Below, piece after piece: positions 9,494 through 17,989 of a stretch of DNA of 64,000 nucleotides. Under the pieces are notes generated by a model. The model made no database searches and was not told the origin of the DNA. It saw nothing but the letters and a program-made list of their open reading frames with translations. Made by a program: the position numbers and the translations under genes. This DNA comes from Candidatus Poribacteria bacterium. GTDB taxonomy: Bacteria > Poribacteria > WGA-4E > WGA-3G. Location: positions 2,784,001 to 2,848,000 of the forward strand of contig OZ244048.1 in NCBI GenBank assembly GCA_965215265.1, read 5' to 3'. Numbering within the stretch: the stretch's first letter is position 1; each line of letters starts with the position of its first letter.

Positions 9494-10045
9494 ATGACTT
9501 TTCTATACGGCCTGGACCAGCTGTGCCTCGGCGCGTTACTGTTAATCGTCGGGTTGACGCTTTGCTTTACCGGATGCGGCACAAAAAGTATTCCGTATTC
9601 ACAAAGCATGGATGCGCCAGAGCCCAGCGATGTCGCAAAATCGCATTACAATTGGGCTCTCGTTTCTGCAGAGAGAGGCAACTTTGAACAAGCTATCATT
9701 GAACTCAATTTAGCAATCCAGAATGAGCCAGGGTGGACAATGCCGTATTTCACGCTCGGTGTGGTATATGGGAATCAGGGCGAGCTGAACCTGGCTATCC
9801 CGGCCTGGGAGCGGGCTACCCAGCTCGACGCTAACTTTGCGAAGGCACATTACAACCTCGCTATTGCCTATTCACTGACAGCAGAAAAAAACAAATCTAT
9901 TGCCTCACTGCGCGAAGCGACACGGTTAGATAAGGCGGCACTCGCTTCAGCAAAGACAGAACCCGGTTTTGATAACATTCGAAGCACACCCGAATATCAG
10001 AGATTGGTGAAAGAGAATCCTGAACTGAAGCAGAACGGCGAATAG
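9494..10045 (+). CDS. TPR-repeat lipoprotein
   Basis: Lipobox FTGC; three TPR motifs (AHYNLAIAY); terminal FDNIRSTPEY motif. Confidence 0.8.
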   Translation: MTFLYGLDQLCLGALLLIVGLTLCFTGCGTKSIPYSQSMDAPEPSDVAKSHYNWALVSAERGNFEQAIIELNLAIQNEPGWTMPYFTLGVVYGNQGELNLAIPAWERATQLDANFAKAHYNLAIAYSLTAEKNKSIASLREATRLDKAALASAKTEPGFDNIRSTPEYQRLVKENPELKQNGE

Positions 10046-10148
10046 TTCAAATGTCGCCCGAAGGAAAATGGCCATAAAGGCACTGCCGAGCTGGGCACAC
10101 GAACCTTCACGCCAAAGAAACCTTATAGATTGATTCTGTATAGAAAAA

Positions 10149-11177
10149 ATGGCTAACTACACAACCGTTTCACCGACGGAGCTTGATGAAATCGTCTCAC
10201 ATTACGCTATCGGCAAGCCGCAACGGCTTGAAGAAATTCCCGGTGGGCTTGGAAACAGTAACTTTAAGCTAACGACGACGGATGGCGTATTCCTGCTGAA
10301 AATTTGCAATGAAAAAAACCGGGCGGAACTCCAGATGCAAATTGAACTCCTTGAGCATCTCCGCCAACATAATTATCCAACACCGTATCCAATTGATAAG
10401 ACAAACGGCGAGTCTGTTCACCTTACCACAATTCAAACAAGCGGCACGGCTTCTACCTGCTACGTTATGCTCTATCCGTTTCTGCCTGGTGGTCCTCTTA
10501 CCCCGTCACCAGAGACATTGGCACAGATTGGGGCGGTCTTGGGTAAGCTGCATTGCATCCCACCACCTGACATCCACAACGGCCGATGCGTGAGAAGCCC
10601 GATGCGAAAAGGACTCCCGCGCTTTCCGATGGGGGTTTCACAAATGGTGCCGTTTTTGCAGGAAGTAGAAGGGACACAATTCGCTGCACATCCATTTGTC
10701 AAATACTTGAATTCGCAACTTAAACGTCTGGAACCGCGACTCAGCGAATCGCTGCCTACCGGGCTCCTACACGGAGATCTTTTTGGTGATAATACGCTTT
10801 TCCAAGATGACAAACTCATTGCAATTCTTGACTTCGAGGAAGGTGCACATGATACCTTACTGATTGATGTTGGAATGGCCGTGGTAGGTTGCTGTTACAC
10901 TGCACAACATCAACTAAATATAGCGGCGGTGCATCGTTTTTTAGAAGTTTACGACACCGTTCGTCCTTTAACCCGGCGCGAATGGGAGTGCTTAGATGAC
11001 TTCGTCCATTACGCAGCGCTCTCCATCGCGTTCTGGCGGTTCCGGCAGTTTAACATCCGCCGTCCAAACAAACAGCGTGCAAATACGTATCAGGAGATGA
11101 TAACCCGTATTACCCACTGGTCGCGTTTCGTGCCGCTCGTCAAGAAGTCTAGGGCACGCTCGACAGAACAACTTTGA
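10149..11177 (+). CDS. thrB: homoserine kinase type II (APH family)
   Basis: MANYT.VS, G..NSNF.L.T, LHGDLFGDN and ILDFE motifs. Confidence 0.75.
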   Translation: MANYTTVSPTELDEIVSHYAIGKPQRLEEIPGGLGNSNFKLTTTDGVFLLKICNEKNRAELQMQIELLEHLRQHNYPTPYPIDKTNGESVHLTTIQTSGTASTCYVMLYPFLPGGPLTPSPETLAQIGAVLGKLHCIPPPDIHNGRCVRSPMRKGLPRFPMGVSQMVPFLQEVEGTQFAAHPFVKYLNSQLKRLEPRLSESLPTGLLHGDLFGDNTLFQDDKLIAILDFEEGAHDTLLIDVGMAVVGCCYTAQHQLNIAAVHRFLEVYDTVRPLTRREWECLDDFVHYAALSIAFWRFRQFNIRRPNKQRANTYQEMITRITHWSRFVPLVKKSRARSTEQL

Positions 11178-11193
11178 GAGCAAATAGAAAAAA

Positions 11194-13008
11194 ATGTCTT
11201 TAATCCGTTTAGCAAACGTCACAAAACTATACGACCCGGACCTAATTCTGGATGATATTTCGCTCTCAATTGAGCATGGTGACAGAATCGGGTTAATTGG
11301 CCGTAACGGAACCGGAAAAACAACGTTAATTAAAATTATAGCGGGGCTGCTGACCAATTTTAAGGGGAGTGTTACCTCCGCAAAAGGATTACGTATCGGC
11401 TATTTGAGTCAAGAGCCTGAGTTTATGCCTGACTGTACGTTGCGTCAGGAAATGCTCAAAGTTTTTGAGGAGCGCCGTGCTCTTGAGGATAGGATGCTCC
11501 TTCTGGCGGAACGCATGGAGGCACAAGCGGACTCGCAGCTGCTAACACAATATGCCCGGATTCAGGAACAGCATGAGCAGCTTGGCGGGTATGAATATGA
11601 ACATCAGATAAACCGTTATCTCGGCGGCTTGGGATTCAGCGAATTAGACTTCAATCTTCCTATGCGTGTGCTCAGCGGCGGTCAGAAGAGCCGGGCGATG
11701 CTCGCGAAGTTGCTTCTTGAAAAACCTGATTTGTTGCTTTTTGACGAACCCACCAATCATCTTGACATTAACGGCATTGAGTGGCTGGAGAATTACCTCA
11801 ATTCCGAATATAACGGGGCAGTACTCGTTGTTTCCCACGACCGGTATTTTTTAGATAAGGTTATCCGAAAGGTTTGGGAGCTAGAGGCACAACGCGTGAA
11901 AACATATCGCGGGAATTACTCTAAGTACATTGAAACACGAGGCGTTGAACGCTTGGTAACAGAACGTGAATTCAAAAAGCAGCAAGCGTTTATCGCGCAC
12001 GAGGAGGACTTTATCCAGCGAAATATCGCAGGGCAGCGAACGCGCGAAGCACAAGGGAGACGCAAAAAACTTGCACGGTTAGAGAAAATTGAAAAGCCAA
12101 AACGTGACGCACCCACACTCAAACTCCGTTTTAGTTCAGAAACCCGTGGTGGAAACGACATTCTCCGGTGCAAAAATCTCGGCAAACGATTCGGAGACAA
12201 GACGGTTTTCACCGGGATGAGTTGTGAGGTTTACCGTGGGGATGTCATCGGAATCATTGGTGCGAACGGGACCGGAAAAACTACGCTTTTCCGAATGATT
12301 TTAGGACAAGAACAACCCACGCAGGGCGAAATCTGGGTAGGGCCAACTCTGAAGCTAGCGTATTATACCCAGGAATTAGAAGGACTCAACCCGAATAATA
12401 AAATTATTGACGAAATCTCAAGCAGCGTACAGCCCGCTCATATCGACAAAAAGACGATTTCTAACCAAGCAGGTACTGACGAATTGGATAGACAATCTCT
12501 CGCTCCAAGTAAAGCAACTGTAAATGCCATGCTACCCGGGGAAATCCGCAGTTTTTTAGCACGGTTTCTCTTTACCGGGGATGAAGTGTTCAAACGCATC
12601 GGTAACCTCAGTGGTGGGGAGCAGAGCCGTGTGGCGCTCGCCAAGCTGCTATTAGAGAAAGCAAACGTTCTGCTGCTTGATGAGCCGACGAACCACCTGG
12701 ATATTCCGGCGCGTGAAGCGCTTGAAGCAGCACTCGCGGAGTATCCTGCGACCGTTTTTATTATTTCTCACGATAGGTACTTGCTGAACAGTTTAGCAAC
12801 AAAACTCCTTATTTTTAAGAATGGAACCGCCAGTTTGTTTAAAGGACGTTATAATGAATATGAAGCCCAACAATCGCAACAAGTTAGGACGGTTAAACAA
12901 AACCCGGAGCCACCTGAGCTGGATACAAACACTCCTGCTGTCAAACGGAAGTCAAAATCAAAGCGAAAACGTCAAATAAAAGCACAACGGTTGATAGGTA
13001 GCAATTGA
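11194..13008 (+). CDS. ABC-F family ATPase
   Basis: Two ABC cassettes (GRNGTGKT/LSGGQ/DEPTNHLD and GANGTGKT/LSGGE/DEPTNHLD); no TM domain. Confidence 0.92.
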   Translation: MSLIRLANVTKLYDPDLILDDISLSIEHGDRIGLIGRNGTGKTTLIKIIAGLLTNFKGSVTSAKGLRIGYLSQEPEFMPDCTLRQEMLKVFEERRALEDRMLLLAERMEAQADSQLLTQYARIQEQHEQLGGYEYEHQINRYLGGLGFSELDFNLPMRVLSGGQKSRAMLAKLLLEKPDLLLFDEPTNHLDINGIEWLENYLNSEYNGAVLVVSHDRYFLDKVIRKVWELEAQRVKTYRGNYSKYIETRGVERLVTEREFKKQQAFIAHEEDFIQRNIAGQRTREAQGRRKKLARLEKIEKPKRDAPTLKLRFSSETRGGNDILRCKNLGKRFGDKTVFTGMSCEVYRGDVIGIIGANGTGKTTLFRMILGQEQPTQGEIWVGPTLKLAYYTQELEGLNPNNKIIDEISSSVQPAHIDKKTISNQAGTDELDRQSLAPSKATVNAMLPGEIRSFLARFLFTGDEVFKRIGNLSGGEQSRVALAKLLLEKANVLLLDEPTNHLDIPAREALEAALAEYPATVFIISHDRYLLNSLATKLLIFKNGTASLFKGRYNEYEAQQSQQVRTVKQNPEPPELDTNTPAVKRKSKSKRKRQIKAQRLIGSN

Positions 13009-13061
13009 AAAATCACTACACTTAAAAAAACACGTTTTTTTACTGTTTTTTGCATTTTAAT

Positions 13062-13104
13062 TTGACATTCGCAAAAAATTAGTGTATAATTATATCGTAT
13101 ACGA
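13062..13104 (+). promoter_or_regulatory. consensus sigma70 promoter with adjacent palindrome (probable MarR operator)
   Basis: TTGACA-17-TATAAT at 13062-13090; palindrome TCGTATACGA at 13095-13104. Confidence 0.7.
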
Positions 13105-13138
13105 CGGAATTTACCTCTGATATAGGACGTATGTAGAA

Positions 13139-14023
13139 ATGTCTAAGAAGCATAAGGAATTTAACCGTGGGATTGATGTTGTGATGCGTGTGATGCGTCA
13201 GGCGCAGGCAGCTGTCAAGTCGCGTTTCATTCAGGAAGTCGTCCCCAATCGGCTGACGATTGTGCAGTTTAACGCTTTGCAGCACCTTCATTGGTATGGA
13301 CGTGAAGCCGGCATGTCTATCAGTGAATTAGGTGAGCATTTAGGGCTTGCACATAATACAGTATCTGGGTTAGTAAAACGATTGGAACAGCACGGCTGGG
13401 TTGTCCGTCGTAAATGCACGGTTGACCGGCGGCGTAGCAACATTGAGTTGACCTCGCAGGCCACGGAACTTTTCCGAGAACGCGTAGCCCATGCTACAAA
13501 CTTTTGGCAATGCACCTTTGGACAGTTATCTGCTGAGGAGCAGGAGAACCTCATTCAAAGCCTAAAGCGGTTGCAACAAGTTATGGCAAAGCCCGTGTGG
13601 CCAAGCTATGCGCAGCTACATCCGCGCGATAACGACCATTTACATCAGCGGTTTCAAGACGAGCTTGGCGAACTCGCCCAAGCAAAACTCAAACTCATCG
13701 GGATGCGGTTTATTTTAGCGCAAATTGCCGAAAAGCGCAATGAATATGAGCTCGCGGCGTACCTCAATCAGGCAGCCACGGAGGAAATTCGCCATATAAA
13801 CCAGTTGTTCGCGAAGCTTGGACATGGCGAAAATTTTGAATTGCTCCTGTCTGAACTCGCTCAGGAAGACCGGGGAGTTTATGAGGAATTGCTCTCACTA
13901 CTTGATACCGCGCCAGATGCTCAAAACGGTGAAGAGTTAACGCTTCTACAACGGATGGCGCAAGATAGCCGAAGATATAGCCGTTGGTTTCGCCCGAGTC
14001 GTATTGTAGAGTTGAAGAAATAA
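13139..14023 (+). CDS. MarR family regulator with C-terminal ferritin-like helical domain
   Basis: wHTH LTIVQFNAL...SELGEHLGLAHNTVSGLVKRLE..GWV.R..DRR; C-terminal helices with an EEIRH (ExxH) motif. Confidence 0.8.
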   Translation: MSKKHKEFNRGIDVVMRVMRQAQAAVKSRFIQEVVPNRLTIVQFNALQHLHWYGREAGMSISELGEHLGLAHNTVSGLVKRLEQHGWVVRRKCTVDRRRSNIELTSQATELFRERVAHATNFWQCTFGQLSAEEQENLIQSLKRLQQVMAKPVWPSYAQLHPRDNDHLHQRFQDELGELAQAKLKLIGMRFILAQIAEKRNEYELAAYLNQAATEEIRHINQLFAKLGHGENFELLLSELAQEDRGVYEELLSLLDTAPDAQNGEELTLLQRMAQDSRRYSRWFRPSRIVELKK

Positions 14024-14106
14024 CGGGCGTTCACGGTTGTACACAACACGCTTTCTAGCAACGACTAGAAAAAATAATTCCGGCAGAAACAAACAAAGAG
14101 GAAAAC

Positions 14107-14724
14107 ATGCACTCCCAAGACCCAGAAAGTCTCCCCCCAGAGTGTCCAGACGATATAGAACTGATTGAGCGTTTCCGGCACGGTGAGACTGACGTGTTTG
14201 ATACGCTTTTTATCCGTTACCAGAAACGCGTCTATCAACTCGTGCAGCGGTTCGTCTCAAACCATGAAGATGCGCGCGATATTACCCAAGACGCATTCAT
14301 CCGCGCCTACCAAGGCTTAGCGAAGTTCAAAAACCAGTGCCAATTTTATAGCTGGCTTTACCGCATTACGGTAAATCTCTGCATCGATTTCTTGAGGAAG
14401 CAGGCGCGCTCGGAAGTCCTGATATATGAATCCGACGATGAGGACACATTGCCTATGGCAAGCATACCTGATTTACGCTCAGAATCACCTTCAAAAGTTG
14501 TTGAGAATAAGGAATTAAGGGAACACATCCGCAAAGCTATTAGGAAGCTGCCGCCGAAGCAAAGGCAAATTTTCATCTTACGACATTGGGATGGATTGTC
14601 ACTCAAAGATATTGCCGCCACGGTAGGCAGGTCAGATGGAACGGTAAAAGCACACTTGTTCCACGCGCACCGCAACCTCCGGAAACATCTGCGTCCTTAC
14701 GCGCAAGAAGCAGGGATTCTTTGA
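14107..14724 (+). CDS. ECF RNA polymerase sigma factor
   Basis: DITQDAFIRAY, FYSWLYRITVNLCID and LPPKQRQIFILR...IA...GTVKAHL motifs. Confidence 0.93.
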   Translation: MHSQDPESLPPECPDDIELIERFRHGETDVFDTLFIRYQKRVYQLVQRFVSNHEDARDITQDAFIRAYQGLAKFKNQCQFYSWLYRITVNLCIDFLRKQARSEVLIYESDDEDTLPMASIPDLRSESPSKVVENKELREHIRKAIRKLPPKQRQIFILRHWDGLSLKDIAATVGRSDGTVKAHLFHAHRNLRKHLRPYAQEAGIL

Positions 14725-14856
14725 TTCTCGCTAAAGCTAAAAAGACACTGACAACTGACAGCTGTCACACATATTCCACAATAAGGCTAAAGTTTTATCA
14801 TCTCTATTGCCTGCCGCACCTAAGGGGCATTTTGGTAAGTTTGCCGCAAGCATTTT

Positions 14857-14897
14857 GGGCGAGGTAAACAGACAAGTGTTAAGGCACCTCGCCCTGC
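14857..14897. terminator. possible hairpin between convergent sigma factor and ftsY
   Basis: GGGCGAGGT...ACCTCGCCC inverted repeat with a long loop. Confidence 0.35.
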
Positions 14898-14911
14898 CCT
14901 ATTAACGAAAA

Positions 14912-15958
14912 TTAGGCTTTTGCTTCTTCAGAGATGAACAGTGCATCAACGAAATCTGCTGCTGCGAAATCCTGTAAATCATCTAGCCGTTCGCCAACGC
15001 CGATGAGTTTGACAGGTGCCCCAATTTCTGACTTGACTGCCAAGACGATACCGCCTTTGGCTGTCCCATCTAATTTTGTCACAACGACACCTGTAATCGG
15101 GACAGCATCGTTGAAAACCTTTGCCTGCATCAACGCGTTTTGTCCAACCGTACCGTCAATGACAAGTAGTACTTCGTGGGGTGCCTCGGCGTGCAGGCGT
15201 GTCATGACGCGTCCAATTTTCGCCAATTCATCCATCAACGGTTTTTTGGTGTGGAGCCTACCTGCAGTGTCTACAATCAGCACGTCTGCCTCACGATTTT
15301 TCGCAGCATGAACCGCATCAAACACGACAGATGCGGGCTCTGCATCTGCTCCACCGCGGATCAGTTCTGCATTTGCACGTTCGCACCAAATCGCCAACTG
15401 TTCTTCTGCAGCGGCGCGGAACGTATCGCCTGCAGCGACGACAACACGTAGGCCTTCGGACCGGAAACGGCTCGCCAATTTACCTATCGTTGTGGTTTTT
15501 CCTGCACCATTTACACCCAGTACCAAAATTGTGTAAGGTTTTTCGGCTACTCGGGACGGAATTTGTGCTGCATCAGTTCCAACGCCTTCGCGCGAAATCT
15601 CCCCTATCTTCAACGGGATGTTATCGCCTAACAGTTTGAGAATCTCTTCTTTGAGGACTGACTCCAATTCCGAAGAATCATGCAAGCCTTTTGCTTTGAC
15701 AGCAGCTCTGACATTATCCATCAACGTCAGCGTTGTATCAACGCCGACATCCGCTCGAATTAAAATTTCTTCAATCTCTTCCATCAACTCTTCGTCAATT
15801 TGCCTGCCGACGCGGAGTAACCCAGAGAGTTGACTCAGGAACTCCTTTCGAGTTTTCGCTAAACCGGACTTAAGACGATCCAACCAATTCTGTTTTTTAT
15901 CACTTACCTCTGAATCAGCGCGGTTTTTATTGGGACTTCTCAATAATTTTTTAAGCAT
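14912..15958 (-). CDS. ftsY: signal recognition particle receptor FtsY
   Basis: GVNGAGKTTTIGKLA, DTFRAAA, DTAGRL and TKLDGTAKGG motifs; AAGGAG RBS before MLKKLL. Confidence 0.96.
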   Translation of the reverse strand: MLKKLLRSPNKNRADSEVSDKKQNWLDRLKSGLAKTRKEFLSQLSGLLRVGRQIDEELMEEIEEILIRADVGVDTTLTLMDNVRAAVKAKGLHDSSELESVLKEEILKLLGDNIPLKIGEISREGVGTDAAQIPSRVAEKPYTILVLGVNGAGKTTTIGKLASRFRSEGLRVVVAAGDTFRAAAEEQLAIWCERANAELIRGGADAEPASVVFDAVHAAKNREADVLIVDTAGRLHTKKPLMDELAKIGRVMTRLHAEAPHEVLLVIDGTVGQNALMQAKVFNDAVPITGVVVTKLDGTAKGGIVLAVKSEIGAPVKLIGVGERLDDLQDFAAADFVDALFISEEAKA

Positions 15959-16259
15959 CCATTCTCCTTTATACATTGCTGAATTGACATATTAATTGTT
16001 GCTGTAGAACCTCTAACGAGATAATACGAAACGTGTCGGGTTCTTGCCTCTCTTCTACTTTGACGGGTGCCCAGAAATATTTCCTCCTTTCAAAACAGTT
16101 TATCACAGAACACGAAATTAGCGAAGTTAATTCTTAATTTTGATACAAACGCGTATCTGCAGCCCGTGGCAAGAGATAGCGCGATGAATGACCTGACTAC
16201 GAATAGCACAGTCTGACATTGCACCATCCACCACGGCAGGCTTTTCTGAAAAAAAAGCA

Positions 16260-17963
16260 TTAATACAAAATATGCACCCGATTCTTACCGCGAACCGTCT
16301 CATCCGGCATGACAAGCGGCATCTCAACCACGGCGATGAAACTACCATCTGGACTGATAGCCAACGTATCGTAAGGGAGCTGCCCCGCCACGCGGTAAGT
16401 ATCAATGTATTTGGACAAACCGCTTCCCTCTGCCATCAGATCGAATACTGAAACACCGTGAAGACTTTCATTTGGGCCCTGGCTCCGCTTTGAGACAGCT
16501 AGTGCAGCATAACGCCCGGGCGCATCAATCCGTAAACCTTGCGGCATATTTTCAAGCTGCCACTGCCACCGTTTTTCACCTGTCCACGAGTAAGCAAACA
16601 ACGTCAAGCCATTCGGATGCGCAGCCGCCGGACGTTGCGCACCCTTCTGTAAATGATACGGAATATAGGTATCTCCAGTGACAAAGAGTGCTGCAGCATC
16701 CGTTGCACCGATAGTCCCCGCGGTAGCGATAATCGGAACACCGCTTACCTCCAGCGGTGCTGCCAAATGGTGCTGCCAGATTGGATGCGATGTGTTCACA
16801 TCAAAGATGAAGGCGCGCCCATCGTCCGTTGTAACGTTGATAAAGCTACCATCAGGCGATATACCGACACCACGCCAAAATGTTACACCTGCAAAGTAGG
16901 GCTTGAGCGGTTCAATACTCGATTGCCACCGTTGCTTCCCTGTTTGCAGGTCAATGACACTCAGCCTGCCTTTACCCTTGCCGCTTTCATCGCTTAACAG
17001 TGCGAACGTTTTTCCGTCCGCACTAACATCAAACCAACGTAGTATCTGTGGTAGAGCACCATCAGCAGGCCACTTCCATGTGACAGTGCCTGTCTTTCCA
17101 TCAAAACGGTAAAGCTGCGATTTCAGCATCCGCACACCGTTTTCTTGCCACGAATGCATACTGGAAACGAGCAAGCCATCATCCGGCAGCGTGAACATCC
17201 GAGAAGGCCCAGGGTATTGTATCCATGCATAGACACTCCCTGGGTCCGACGGGATAGAAGTTTCAATGTCGTCAGCTGTACGATATTTCCATAGTAATTG
17301 TTTCGAATTTATATCATACGCATAGATAAATCCATCCGCTGCTTGTTCACCAATATAGAGTCGATTTCCATTATCACCAAACGCGACATGCCTGACATAG
17401 CCCTCCGAAATCCGCGTCTTCCAAACTGTGCGCCCCGTGAGCAGCTCAATTACTCCGATGTATCCAGCATCCGTTGCAATCGCTAATAAACGGTTTTGTA
17501 AACTACCGCCTAACGCCACCGTAGTAGGTTTCGCCGGCCGTCGCAAATTTTCTATTAACGCCAACAAACCATCCAATTCAATCGTCTGAATTGGGTAGAG
17601 GGCAGGTTTTAGCGGTGCCCGGGCATCCGCAATATGCACTCCTGCATCAGACGTGACTTTCAAACGATAGCTCTGATTCGGAACCCATGCAAACTGAATC
17701 AGCGCGCGCTCGGACGTGAGCTGCAGCATGGATACAGGAACATCCGCAGCCTCCTTTTCTGTTATTGACGCAACATCGATTTTGAGTGCGTGCGGTGTTT
17801 CAATCACCGCTCCAACGCGTGTCCACACGACATTGATGCCAGCATTCTTTGTTAGTTGTTCATCTCCATAAGCAGTCCGTACAGCACTGATAAGGACGAT
17901 AACCAATAAACAAAGCCAGGTAACAGTACAATTTTCTCCTAAACAGATTTGATTTTTCTTCAT
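16260..17963 (-). CDS. exported PQQ-like beta-propeller protein (third gene of the B12-riboswitch operon)
   Basis: Signal-like N-terminus; repeated D..TG...W motifs. Confidence 0.75.
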   Translation of the reverse strand: MKKNQICLGENCTVTWLCLLVIVLISAVRTAYGDEQLTKNAGINVVWTRVGAVIETPHALKIDVASITEKEAADVPVSMLQLTSERALIQFAWVPNQSYRLKVTSDAGVHIADARAPLKPALYPIQTIELDGLLALIENLRRPAKPTTVALGGSLQNRLLAIATDAGYIGVIELLTGRTVWKTRISEGYVRHVAFGDNGNRLYIGEQAADGFIYAYDINSKQLLWKYRTADDIETSIPSDPGSVYAWIQYPGPSRMFTLPDDGLLVSSMHSWQENGVRMLKSQLYRFDGKTGTVTWKWPADGALPQILRWFDVSADGKTFALLSDESGKGKGRLSVIDLQTGKQRWQSSIEPLKPYFAGVTFWRGVGISPDGSFINVTTDDGRAFIFDVNTSHPIWQHHLAAPLEVSGVPIIATAGTIGATDAAALFVTGDTYIPYHLQKGAQRPAAAHPNGLTLFAYSWTGEKRWQWQLENMPQGLRIDAPGRYAALAVSKRSQGPNESLHGVSVFDLMAEGSGLSKYIDTYRVAGQLPYDTLAISPDGSFIAVVEMPLVMPDETVRGKNRVHILY

Positions 17964-17989
17964 TTTTATAATCCTCTATTTATCACGTT

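Noticed and set aside
15970-16260. SRP RNA or a small gene upstream of ftsY
   Set aside because: The CAGG-CCGGAAGG-AGCAG signature is absent; the roughly 45-codon minus-strand ORF has no recognisable similarity.
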